Below, piece after piece: positions 26,189 through 38,197 of a DNA stretch of 64,000 nucleotides. The DNA comes from Adineta vaga (taxonomy: Eukaryota; Animalia; Rotifera): NCBI GenBank assembly GCA_021613535.1, contig CP075492.1:13764001-13828000 (forward strand), read 5' to 3'. The notes beneath the pieces were generated by a model. That model saw only the letters and a list, made by a program, of their open reading frames with translations. It was not told the DNA's origin and made no database searches. Positions within the stretch are counted from its first letter, which is position 1. The number at the start of each line of letters is the position of its first letter. Position numbers and translations under genes: made by a program.

Positions 26189-28301
26189 TTATTCAACAAA
26201 AAGTACGATGTTACATCTGGATCGTGACGATATTTTTCGAAGTCTCTCTTCGGCCGTATCGGATAATGAATTCTTCCATAATTCAAATATTTTCAATGTT
26301 TGATTGGCTTGAATCATCTCGGCGATTGATTGTACACTTCGATCTGTGATGAAATTATTACCAACAGTCAACTTTTGAAGAGTTTCATTCTTTTTTAAAG
26401 CATTCAACATTATAGCTAAACCTGAATCACCGATTCCCATTGAATTCATATAAATTTTGCGAAGTGTCTCATTGTTGAGTAATAGTCGTCCAACGAGCGC
26501 ACCTCCTTCATTGCCAAGATTATTTTCACTTAGATGAAGAAATTTCAGGGATGTGTTGGTTTCTAGTGCTTCACATAGAGCGCGAAGGCCCGTGGCAGTC
26601 AATTGATTATTAGAGATGGCAAGAAAATCAAGTGTATGATTCTTATGAAGCATACTGGCAAGTGTTTGCACACCTTCATCGCCCATATTTACTGAATTTA
26701 AATGAAGCTTGAGCAATGTTGAATTATGATGTAATACTCGAGCTAGGTTTGCAACACCCGTTGCACTTAATGGATTACCGCTGAGATCGAGTGATTTCAA
26801 TGTACAGTTGATAGTCAATCCTAGACCCAAATGAGTTACACCTATAGAAGTTATATCACTACTACGAAGAGTCAATTCTTCACAATTATCATTCACTGCG
26901 AGTTCAATGCCAATAATGACCATATCATCGTCTAAGAATGCTTGATCACATAATTTTATTGAAGAAAGGGCTCGAGTATGCATGATGGTCTGTTCAAGAA
27001 CTTTGTTAGAATAAAGTTTTTGCGAAGATGATATTGAATTATTTTGACGATTACTGTAACACAAAATAAATATTATCGCTATTTTTTAAAATAAAACGTA
27101 TTTACTGATTCTACGCGTGGGTGTCAAGAGTTAGACTGAAAGATTGCTTATTTTATAATTAATACTCATTTTAAAAGATGCAAAAGGAATGTATAAACGC
27201 TATATTTTACTATGTCCCTAAAAACCGACTACTCTATCCATAATTTAGCACAAAATTTTGAGATTATTATTTCAGAATCACATACCTCGATGTTGTCGAT
27301 TTAGTCATGGATTTAATCGATCTTGACGAAGAATATTCATCATTTCCAGTTCTATAATGAACAACAATGAGTAACAAATTAATTCTACAATTTCATTACC
27401 GTATTGCAGAACTATCTTCGTTTTCTATATAAAGCTCAATATCTCGCAGTAGTTGATGGCAAGTTGGTCGTTTATTCGATTCTTGCACCCATGTACTGCT
27501 AATTAGGTTCGCAAAATCGTCCGGTACATCTGACGGTATGTTCATTCGTTTACCTTGAATTACCACTTCCCAAATGAATTGTTCTCGAGTAACGTCTTTG
27601 TAAGGACTTGAACCAGTTGCTACCTCCCATAACATATGCCCACAGAATACACGTCACTTTCTTTAGTATGAAATGCTCCCGATCTGAATAATTCAGGTGC
27701 TTTCCATAAAAGAGTCCCGAAGTCTCCATCAGCGATTGATTGTGTACCAATTGTTGAACGAAACCTAGCCAAACCAAAATCACCCACTTTGACACAGAAT
27801 CGATTTTTGCTTTGCTGTTTTTCCCAACACATGAGAAAATTGAGTGATTTTATATCGCGATGAATGATAGGGTGTGGCTTGAACTGATGCAAAATGATTG
27901 ATACCCTTCGCCATTTGATAAGCAATCGACCATTTATCAGCCCACGTAAGTTTCATGCTGTGCAGTACATCATACAACGATCCAAGTGCCATGAATTCAA
28001 CGATAATTGCAAGGCAATCAGGTTCAAAGCAAACACCGAGCACATTCAAAATTTGAGGGAATCGAATACGATGCATAATGCTGATTTCTTCCATAAAACT
28101 ATCTTTTTCTTCAGCCGTTACAAAATCAGCATGAACACGAAGTTTTTTAATGGCTACTGTTTCGTGTTGACTTGACCAAAAACCACGATAAACATCGCCA
28201 AAGCCACCACTGCCCAGTCGCTGCTCAAATTTTAGATCTCGTTGACTTATTTGTAAAAAATCGTTGTTTGCATATTTTCTTGCCATGATCCTCAATTTCA
28301 T
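26189..28301 (-). CDS. TKL-type protein kinase fused to C-terminal ribonuclease-inhibitor-like LRRs; two frameshifts in the kinase exon; exons 28301-27400, 27351-27286, 27053-26189
   Basis: GSGGFG, VAIK, HRDIKSLN, DFG, WKAPE and SDVYS are spread over three frames. There is an extra base at 27891-27894 and a missing base near 27635. Two phase-2 introns connect the kinase in frame to the 28-aa LRR ORF. Confidence 0.8.
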
Positions 28302-28581
28302 GGAAAGTGAAGCAATCAATATATATATAGTGTGTGTGCTCGTAAAACATTTATCAGTATAAAATATATTATTTTATTGACGTCTTTTCTTCCAAGATAA
28401 ATAGAAGAAAACCTGACTTTGCTATACTTAAGAATCATATTCTTATTTCTAAAAAAGATAAAACTTTTTTTTATGACTATTTTATTCATTTTGAGGATTT
28501 CGGTGAATATATGAATTTCATTGTAGATTTATTTTATACTAGTAGCATCAGTTAGATTCTCACGAATTTATTTATAGAAAT

Positions 28582-29653
28582 TCAGAAAATAAGTCTAGAA
28601 TCACCACACACTTTAGACATAGGATGATTTAAATAAGAAAGAATCATCATATCTTGTTTATCGAGTTCGAAATCAAAGATAGACATGTTTTCCATCATTT
28701 GAGTAGGATCACTTGTTCGAGGATTGACTACGACGCCTTGTTGCCAATGCCAACGAAGTATAACTTGAGCAGGTTTTTTCTTATGTTTATCAGCAATTTT
28801 TATAACATCAGGATGTTGAAGTAAACTTGGAATTGGATTCCAATCAGTGCCCAGTGTCGCACCACGGTCAGGACAGCCAACAGATGAATAACTATTAAAT
28901 GTAATATTATGTTTTTGACAGAAATCAAGAAGCTCATCTTCATGCCAATAAGGATGAAATTCTACCTGAAATGGAAGAATATTGAGAATAAACAACGATA
29001 TATTTATTCTATCAATAAACTATACCTGATTGACACTAGGAAGTGTAGAATTTAAACTGAATATTTCAAGCAAATGATTTACTTGATAATTACTAACGCC
29101 AATAGCACGCACCTAAAGGATGAAAAACGAATTTTACATCCCAAAATAATTCCAATATCAATATAAAACTTACTCGTTTCTGTTGAAATAGAGTTTCTAA
29201 TGCTCGCCATGTTTGTATGCGTTGATCACGAAAAGATCGCATTGACTTATCCGCTTTGTCTGGTACCTGACCAGGCCAATGAATAAGAAGAAGATCAACA
29301 TAATCAGTTTGTAATGATTTCAGAATAGCAGCAAAATTTTCTAGTGCTTGATCATAACTAGAGGCATCTACCTTCGATGTGATAAATATTTCAGAACGCG
29401 GTACGCCACTAGCCACCCATCCCGTACCAACACCATCACATGAAATATAATCATCAGAAGTATCAATACGACGACCACCCATCTTCAGCCATGCTACAGT
29501 CGCATTATGGCCTTGGTCACATCCCCAATATTCACCACCAGAACCATCAAGTTTACCGTAACCTCCTGTACCCAATCCAACTACAGGCATATAAACGTCG
29601 TTGTCAGCAGCATTCCGTAGTTGAACAACAGGTTGGTTCTTCATCGAGCGCAT
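28582..29653 (-). CDS. Aldo-keto reductase (AKR5/2,5-DKG reductase-like), three exons
   Basis: GLGT, IDTSDDY, FITSK and DLLLIHWP (D-Y-K-H tetrad), RAIGVSNY, NQ|VEFHPY, AQVILRW; two short GT-AG introns. Confidence 0.9.
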
Positions 29654-30172
29654 CGTTAATGTTGTATAGAGAATGAAATAATAAGTGATAAAATGAAGAA
29701 AATATGTTGACAGTAAAACAAAACAGTGGCAAAAAACTGCATCATTGACAGAATGAAAAATAAAATAAAAGGAACACGTGTGTTATTGCTTTTACTTCAC
29801 CAAAACAGTTATAATCAAAGAAAAGAAATAAAACTCCAGGATGATATGAAAATTACATGGGTGAGGGTGAGTGAGGTGTCGATCAAGAGAATAGCATCAT
29901 GTACACCTACACCCCCGTTCTCACCCTCAAATAAATGCGTTATAATGATGCCGCAAAGAAAAGACGAAGCGAAAGCCAAGCAAAACAACTTCGTTCTCTC
30001 TATTCTACGATGATTCTATTCGTTGCCATATGGCAATAAACAGAAAACGATTGTTGCACAAAAAAAGGCAGTTAATAGAATCAAAATTTTCTATGTAAAT
30101 AATTTTTGATTTTGATTTTAGATCTTCCAATAGTTAACTGTGTATAACCACTAACATAAGAACAGTACACCA

Positions 30173-32214
30173 ATGGACTACATTATCCACTCATAATGAT
30201 GACTACAATTTTGAAATTTATTCTCTCTTTTGGCTTGATGCTGAAGTGAATATCTCATCCGAAAATATTGATGCGCAGAACCGAATCCGTGCATTTATCA
30301 ATCATTTGAAAACGTTTGAAGATGCTGAAGAATGCAAGCATCAGATACAATCTCTCTCTAGTCATGATCGACTTATTCTCATTGTTAGTGGCAGATTGGG
30401 AAATGAAGTAGTTTCGTGTATTCATCAACTTCGTCAAGTCTGTTCAATTTATGTTTATTGCTTAAATAAGAAAAAACATTAAACATGGACCAACGAATTC
30501 TCAAAGGCATGAACAAATTTCAGTATGTCTCATGCATATCATATTAATGTTTTAGGTTAAAGGTGTGATTGTGACCTTAGACGATTTAGTTGAGCAAATT
30601 CGATCACAATATATCAAAGAACAGCAAAGTAAAGTTGATGAGCCTATTCTCATTAGTATTTTCAAAACTAACCTTGGATATGAACGGTCAACAACAGGAC
30701 TGAATGGTCAGTTTATCCATTTGCAGTTACTTATTGACTGCTTTATTCGTATACAACCAACTAAAAATGATATGAATGAATTGCTCTCTTTTTGTCGAGA
30801 ATATTACAAAGATAATAAGATACAGTTAAGTATACTAAATGAATTTGACGAGACATATTCTCCTGATCAATCACTATCGTGGTACACAAGAGATTCATTT
30901 CTCTATCGTTTGCTAAACAAATCGCTACGCACACAAAATGTTGATCAACTCTTTCTTTTTCGTTTTGTGATTTGCGATCTTCAACAACAGCTTCAGAAGT
31001 ATCGATGTACTTCTTCTATGCGTCTTTATCGTGGTCAACTGATGTCAAAAGAGGAATTTCAAGTACTGCAAGATTCAGTTGGAGAATTTATTTCAATGAA
31101 TTCATTTCTATCGACTACTCTCAATCGTCAAGTTGCTCGTTCCTTTCTAGGTGATTCCAATGATCTTGAACGGGTACTGTTCGAGATAAACACTGATCCT
31201 CGTCTCGATAACATCAAACCATTCGCGAATATTACTTTGCTCAGTAATTTCGCAAACGAAGAAGAAGTATTAATGATGTTGGGATCGATCTTTCGATTGA
31301 TTAGTATATTTTGTGATAACGATGGTATATGGATTATTCGTATGGAACTTTCCAGTGATGACGATCACAGCTTTAAGCCTATTTTTGATTATATGAAAAA
31401 TGATTATGGTGGAGGTGATGCGAAGACAAATATTTTACGTTTTTGCATTGTTCTGATGGAAATGGGCAAGTTGGACGAAGCTGAACATTATTTCCATCGT
31501 TTATTAGAAGAATTATCTAACGAGCATAAAGATGTACGTCGTTGTCATTATTTACTTGGTATTTTATACACAAAAAAAGGTAACTACGATACAAGCCTAG
31601 ATTGGCACTACAAAGCTCTAGAAAAGAAAACGAAACATGGAAAAAATAACGATCTTGATCTTGCACATAGCTACAATTGTATTGGGAACATTCGTCGTAA
31701 GCAAGGTAATTATGACGAAGCACTCAAAATGTTTCACACTGCGTTAACTATATACAATCGAGTATTGGGCGAAGAGCATGTGGATGTAACTAAATGTCTC
31801 GCTAATATTGGAAATGTCTATCAGCGAAAAGACGACTATCGAAAAGCATTGAAGTATCATCTAGAGACATTATCAATTCGTCAGAAATACCTTCCTGCTG
31901 ATCATCCTCATCTAGGAGCATCACATTATAATGTTGCTACGGCATATCGTTATCTTGGGAAGTCTGAACTTGCTCTAGAACATGCAAATATATCGCTAAA
32001 GATCTCGCGAAAATCGCTTCCTCCTAATCATCCAAACATTGCTTGGGCGATTGAAAATATAGGTTATGTCTGTGAAGATATGGGCCAATTAGATGAAGCG
32101 TTATCGCATCTGAAAAAAGCAGCTGCTCTCTATCGTGAAACATTACCCTTGACACATCCTTACATAGCTGACGTTGAGAGAAATATTCAACGTATTTCTT
32201 CTCAGTTACATTGA
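30173..32214 (+). pseudogene. ART-TPR gene 1: N-terminal alpha/beta domain disrupted, ADP-ribosyltransferase plus TPR ORF (30556-32214) intact
   Basis: LYRGQ, FLSTT and NEEEVL motifs followed by about 6 TPRs. The ATG at 30173 is out of frame with the following domain, there is an in-frame TAA at 30480, and the intron donor at 30507 is GC. Confidence 0.75.
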
Positions 32215-32284
32215 TTTTCTACGCACATATATTTTTTTATAAAGAAAACAAAAAGATGAGTTTTAATCTATTATAAGGATTAAT

Positions 32285-33030
32285 GTCAATTTTCGCTCAA
32301 AATACTCGAAAGGTAATAAGCTATTACCATGCTTTTCCCCAAAAACTATGTGGGCGCGTAAATTGAAGCAAACACTTTTCTATCCAATTTCGTTGTACAA
32401 ATGTAATATCTTACTGAATTGGATAATTCAACAATAGCATGTTTGAATCCTTTCTGACGCGCATGATCCAATGTTAGACGGTGTACGTTCGTTTCAAGAC
32501 TTAACAAAGAATAATATTTTTACGAATAAGAATGTATCTCTATATGAAATATTATCTGTCATCATCATGTTCTTCCCATCCTGGACGAATTGCACCAAGT
32601 AAAATTTATACAACGCAATTTTCTTTCAATTCACCACCCTCAAGAATCTCGTTTTCTCAGAAATAGTTCGTTTCTAATTTCTTCAATAAATTGTTTACCG
32701 GTTCCAAGAACTATAAACCACCCACATTTTCTGTTGGTAAAACAGGGGGATTTTCTTCTAAAGTTTTAGCATTATTGTCTTGCAAACAACCATGAAGTTC
32801 TTTTGTTTGTTTGTTTATCTATGACTACAAGTGACAGATGATCTTTGTGTATGCAAATTGATCGAGATAAAGCTATAGAATAGAATTGATTATAGATAGC
32901 GCATAGAAAAACAGTCATGGGATTTTGTTTTGTACATATGAATCGATCAAGAGAGCAGCACAATTAGATAAATGACGTTTTTGTAAGATTGCATATGTTG
33001 CCTATTTTCCATCTTTATCGACGATATTCG
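32285..33030 (-). pseudogene. Decayed GNAT-family N-acetyltransferase (arylalkylamine NAT-like)
   Basis: Minus-strand fragments PMTVFL...HLSLVVIDKQTN, LLGAIRPGWE and LTLDHARQKGFKHAIVELSN interrupted by several stops. Boundaries approximate. Confidence 0.55.
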
Positions 33031-33535
33031 TAGACATGAAACAGAATATATAAGATTTTTTTCTTTCAACGAAACAATATATAGTTGAAAGAGTAAAAAA
33101 AAACTTATCCATCATTTTTTAAAATGTTATTACCACGCGCTTTGTGTAAAGAATAGAAGAGAACAGAATGAAAATATCGATGGTTATGAAGATGATATTC
33201 ATAGCTCTTTTAGTTTTCATGTAATGAGAATCGTATTGAAGAACATAATAATTTTATTACACCCACTGTCTCTCAACGAGTTATCGCCTAAATTCATACT
33301 GAATGAGAGCTCGTTGAGAATATGTGATAAAGAATTGTTCAGAAATTTTGATTTAAAAATAAACTGAAAATATTTTCTAATCATCTTGTGCGCAGTTTAA
33401 CGAAAAGTTAATTAACGTTTTTGAGAACAAATAACTAGAGTGAGAATTAACTTCACACTTATTCTCTCGCGTCTATATGAATGAAGAAGAGCTTTCACAA
33501 TAATTTCTGTCGTCATTATTACACAGTAAAAAAGT

Positions 33536-34795
33536 ATGAAGAGTTCGTTTATTTTTCTAAATTTGATCTTGATGATAAATGCTTTCGAACCTATTACATT
33601 TACCTTGAGTCCATTTGGAAATCAGTTTCAAGTAGCACATACAGTTGAACTTCTAACAACATCGTGCAATATTCTCACCATTATTCGTTGTACTACACTT
33701 TGTTATCGTCACATTCAATGTCGAACATTCGATTATGATTCAACTTTAAAAAAGTGTCGTCTCTTCGAAGGATCTGTTGATACAGGTACGCTGATATCTG
33801 CTTCTTCATCAACAATCGTTGGCTGGATCATTCTGAAGCAATCGTTATACAATTTCTATAATGCTACAAATAATAACTGCATGAATAGTCGATTTTTAGA
33901 CAATAACATTGTCTCTAATCTGTGTCAATGTCCAATACATACGTTTTGGAATGGATCCGTCTGTGCCAATCAAAAATATGTTGGTCAAGGATGTGTAAAT
34001 GACAATTGTTGTCGCACAGATCTAAATCTCACCTGTATTTCATCAATATGTACCGGTAAAAACTGTTCAAAAAATGTACGTTTGTTCACAATATCCTTAT
34101 AGATATAAATAACTCTTCAACAGTGGAATCTCTTACAACAACAACAACAACAACGGTCGATACAACAGAACCCGTTAGAACTACAATACATGATACCACA
34201 CAAGCTTCAATAACTACCGATATATATACAACAGGTTCGATTATATTTGATTTTTTTTTCTATAAAATTGAATCTATGCTTAAAAAATTAATTCTTGTCA
34301 AAACTCTTTCAAACAGATGTTCCTAGATGTATTCAACAGTCAACAACAGGTGGTACACTCTTATATATTCTCAATCCGACATCCACTATATATCCATTGT
34401 ATACTTGTTATTCATATACATGGATAGCAACAGGAGCATCTGCAACATTATCATTTTTCTTTCGTCACGATCCAGGTGGTTGGATGGTTGACGATATTAC
34501 TGTCTATCGTGGTCCAACACAATTACTGGTTAATGGAGGATTTGAAACAGGTAATTTAACAGGATGGATTCGCACAGGTATTTGTAATCTCAATATCGGA
34601 GAAGCTTATTTTGGTAATACCTATGCTAAATCAGGTGATTGGTATTATTATGATCTTTGTGCTGGTGATGGTAATGGTGATACAATTAGTCAAACATTCT
34701 CTACAATTCCTGGTGAGATATATAATATCACCTTTTGGTTAGCAAATTATGACTGTTGTGATGAAACTGAAATTGCTAATATAACACTGATTTAA
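33536..34795 (+). CDS. Secreted protein: PAN/apple-like and Cys-rich modules, Thr-rich linker, C-terminal carbohydrate-binding-like beta-sandwich; exons 33536-34055, 34103-34234, 34317-34795
   Basis: Signal peptide, CxxxC...CRTFDYD...CRLF, CQCP...WNGSVC, a poly-Thr linker, LLVNGGFETGNLTGW, and two phase-1 introns that keep the frame. Confidence 0.8.
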
Positions 34796-35332
34796 TGTGA
34801 TAATAAATTCGCTTTTTGTTGTTCGTTGTATATCTATTAAAGACTAGCGGGAATAAAAAAGAAGGAAAAAATGAAATAATAAAGTGTTGTCTATGTTAAA
34901 ATAAATGTTTTGTTTATTGATGCATCTGTGAAATTGAAAAGAGTTTGTTTTCTTTCAATAGATATATAATATAAGTTATAAATTCTTTTACAAAAAAAAA
35001 ACTTTCATGAAATTAATTTTTTAAGCGATTCAACGCCTGAAAAAACGTAACATCACATTAATTTGATTTTAATGGAAAAGACATCATTCTCTTTTCTTTT
35101 TCTTCCTTCATATACAAACGAAGAACAAGAAAAAAATCTTCTGAAAATATATCCACGTTAATTTGATAGTTGTTTATCACAGAAAAAGATGAGGAAGGCA
35201 ATCAAAGTAACTTCTAGTTTTTTTTCTAAAATTCATTCTGTCATATTAATCGATATTTCTCTTTTTGCACATGAAATAGTATATATGGAGAAACAAGTTT
35301 AATATATTCCAGATTTTCTTGCACGAGAAATC

Positions 35333-38020
35333 ATGAGAATATTTCGAGAAAACATCTCATGGTTATTATTATATGTTCTCCATAATTTAAAAAGCGTTAT
35401 GGCGATTTGGCCAACGCCTAGCAATTCTAGTCTTCAATTGCTAGGTTTTTTTCCAAATGCAGAAAATACATCTCAAACGAAGGAATTGTCTATTCATACT
35501 CAAGCAATGTTCAAAGCAGCTGTTTTACTTTCACATCAATATAATATTACTGTCGAAGGACAATATATTCAATGGCAAGCAAGTTTTACTGATGGAAATG
35601 TGATGAATACTCTTGGTAATACATGTCGAGCGATCTCCTCTTCGAATATCGTAGGTATTATCGGTCCGATATTCTCAAGAGAAGCTCATCAAATTGCAGA
35701 TTTTGCCAACAAAATTGGTATTCCAGTGGTATCATCTACGGCTACCGATTCTGATCTATCGAATCGAGAGAATTATCATGCATTTTATCGTACAGTACCA
35801 TCAGATAGTACGATAGCATTAGCACTTGCGAAATTATTCATTCGATATAATTGGACATCGTGCATTATTATCTATCAAAGTGATGTATATGGTACTGGCG
35901 GTACAAAAGTTATTAGTGAAACATTTCTTAAATATAATATAGAAGTAACAGATTTAATTGTTTTTGACATGGTCATGAATTCAATTCGAGGTAATTTAAG
36001 AACTTATTTAACAACTAGTATATCGCGTATTGTCATTTTATGGACGGATATTGTTTATATATCACAAATTCTTCGATATGCACTTGATGCCGATATTCTT
36101 GGTCCACATTTCACTTGGATATTAACTTCAAGTATATCATTGGATTCTTTTGATCAAATTTATCATTCAAAATTAATTGGAATACTTACTATTGAACCTG
36201 TCACAGGTACTGTTGTTGATGCACCTATTAATTCAACATTATTACATGCTGCTTATCAACTTTGGCAACAATATGAGCCCGAATCATTTCCTACATCAGC
36301 AAAAGTAAATTCTTACGCATTATTTGCTTTCGATGCAACATGGACATTAATTCAGTCATTACAGAAATTTTGTTCTTCACTGAAAGATAATTCGTCATCA
36401 TGTTCAGCATATGATGGACCTTTATTTTGTTTTGATCGTCATTTTATCCATTCGAATTTATTATTCAACATTATGAATTCACTTAGTTTTCTTGGTGTTT
36501 CCGGTCATGTTCAATTCACTATGAATGTGACGGATCGGGTCAATGGTTCGTATTATTATGCTCAAAATATTCAATATACATCCAATCATATTAGTTTCAC
36601 TCCAGTTTTGAAATATGATTCATCCGATGATTGGCAAACATATTCGAGAACAAATGTTATTATTTGGCCAGGAAATTCATTAACTCCTCCAATAGATCGA
36701 GCTAGACTTAAAGGTATTACTTTACGTATTGGTGTTATTGAATCAGTTCCATTTACAATAGTTGCAAATGTAATAGATACGTCGGGAAGAAATACTACGA
36801 AATTAACCGGTTATGTACTAGATTTAATTGAATATTTACGTGATAAAATGGGATTTGTTGCTGATGTTCAATTAGCACCACCTAATACAAGTTATACAGG
36901 TTTAGTTCTCGCAGTAGCTAATGGTGATTATGATATTGCTATAGGTGATATAACAGTAACGAGTGCACGACGAGAAATAGTCGCATTCTCTAATTCTATC
37001 TCAGATAATTCTATGCGAATACTGATGCGGAAGACGCCTGCTATTCAAGTTGATCTTTTATCTTATTTAAAACCATTTTCACGAAATTTATGGTTATTAT
37101 TATTAGGTGCAACCATTTTCGCTAGTATTATTCTTTGTGTAATCGAACGACCTGATAATGCAGCATTACAAAATCGTTCAATAATATCATCAGGTGCGAT
37201 GATTTTATGGTTTTCATTTGGTACAATTGTTGGATATGGGGCCGATTTTCATGCTCAAACAGCTGCCGGACGTTTAGTTAGCGCAGGATTGTATATATTA
37301 AGTTTGGTCCTAGTTGCATCTTATACTGCTAATTTAGCATCGGAATTAACTATATTGAAAACGAAAGATTTAATTGATGGAATGGATGATTTAAAAAATG
37401 GAAAGATTCCATATAATCGTATTGGTATTCGTATTGGAACAGCAGGTGAAGATTACTATTTAAGAGAAATATCTGGAGGTAGTCGAAATTTTTATCCATT
37501 AAAATCTCGACAAGAAATGTATGATAGTTTACTTGCTGGAATTATTGATGTATCATTTATGGATATTGGCACTGCTGAATATGTCACGAATAATATCTAT
37601 TGTAATTTAACATTAGTTGGAGAAGATTTTGATAAAAGTACATTCGGTATTGTTACACCTAAAGAATGGTTATATGCAAAAGATTTAGATGTAAATATTT
37701 TATCATTGAGAGAAACTGGTATTCTTGATAATTTAAAGAAGAAATGGTTTCAGACAAAGGCTTGTCCGCAAACTAGCGAAATATCAACAGCATTAGGACT
37801 TGAATCTTTAAGTGGATTATTTCTTACCTTTGGTGTTATATGTGTTTTATCTATTGGTCTATATGCATGGAATAAGCGAAATATGATTCGAAAATATGTA
37901 AATATCTTACGACATCAAAAGACAATATCACTAAGAAGTGAAACGTATATGGTAGATTTTACTAATAAGCCACATACTTCTACGACATCTTCGTCTACTA
38001 TATCACAAATCATTGCATAA
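35333..38020 (+). CDS. AvGluR1: Ionotropic glutamate receptor with K+-channel-type selectivity filter (AvGluR1 or a very close allele/paralog), intronless
   Basis: Signal peptide, LIVBP-like ATD, S1 (GDITVTSARRE), M1, pore WFSFGTIVGYG, SYTANLA, S2, M4. The S1/S2 sequence matches the AvGluR1 ligand-binding domain as I recall it. Confidence 0.9.
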   Translation: MRIFRENISWLLLYVLHNLKSVMAIWPTPSNSSLQLLGFFPNAENTSQTKELSIHTQAMFKAAVLLSHQYNITVEGQYIQWQASFTDGNVMNTLGNTCRAISSSNIVGIIGPIFSREAHQIADFANKIGIPVVSSTATDSDLSNRENYHAFYRTVPSDSTIALALAKLFIRYNWTSCIIIYQSDVYGTGGTKVISETFLKYNIEVTDLIVFDMVMNSIRGNLRTYLTTSISRIVILWTDIVYISQILRYALDADILGPHFTWILTSSISLDSFDQIYHSKLIGILTIEPVTGTVVDAPINSTLLHAAYQLWQQYEPESFPTSAKVNSYALFAFDATWTLIQSLQKFCSSLKDNSSSCSAYDGPLFCFDRHFIHSNLLFNIMNSLSFLGVSGHVQFTMNVTDRVNGSYYYAQNIQYTSNHISFTPVLKYDSSDDWQTYSRTNVIIWPGNSLTPPIDRARLKGITLRIGVIESVPFTIVANVIDTSGRNTTKLTGYVLDLIEYLRDKMGFVADVQLAPPNTSYTGLVLAVANGDYDIAIGDITVTSARREIVAFSNSISDNSMRILMRKTPAIQVDLLSYLKPFSRNLWLLLLGATIFASIILCVIERPDNAALQNRSIISSGAMILWFSFGTIVGYGADFHAQTAAGRLVSAGLYILSLVLVASYTANLASELTILKTKDLIDGMDDLKNGKIPYNRIGIRIGTAGEDYYLREISGGSRNFYPLKSRQEMYDSLLAGIIDVSFMDIGTAEYVTNNIYCNLTLVGEDFDKSTFGIVTPKEWLYAKDLDVNILSLRETGILDNLKKKWFQTKACPQTSEISTALGLESLSGLFLTFGVICVLSIGLYAWNKRNMIRKYVNILRHQKTISLRSETYMVDFTNKPHTSTTSSSTISQIIA

Positions 38021-38197
38021 ACTTTTTTTTTCTGTTATACTCCCAATAAAATTGTTCATATTAATGATATAATTGGTATAAACATTAGCAATTGTCGAGC
38101 GACTCATTTTTCTGTGATTTTACTAAGATTTATTAAAAATTCTTGTATATTTTGAAATAAATCTTTAAAAAAATAAGTTCTATTAGTCCCTCACAAA

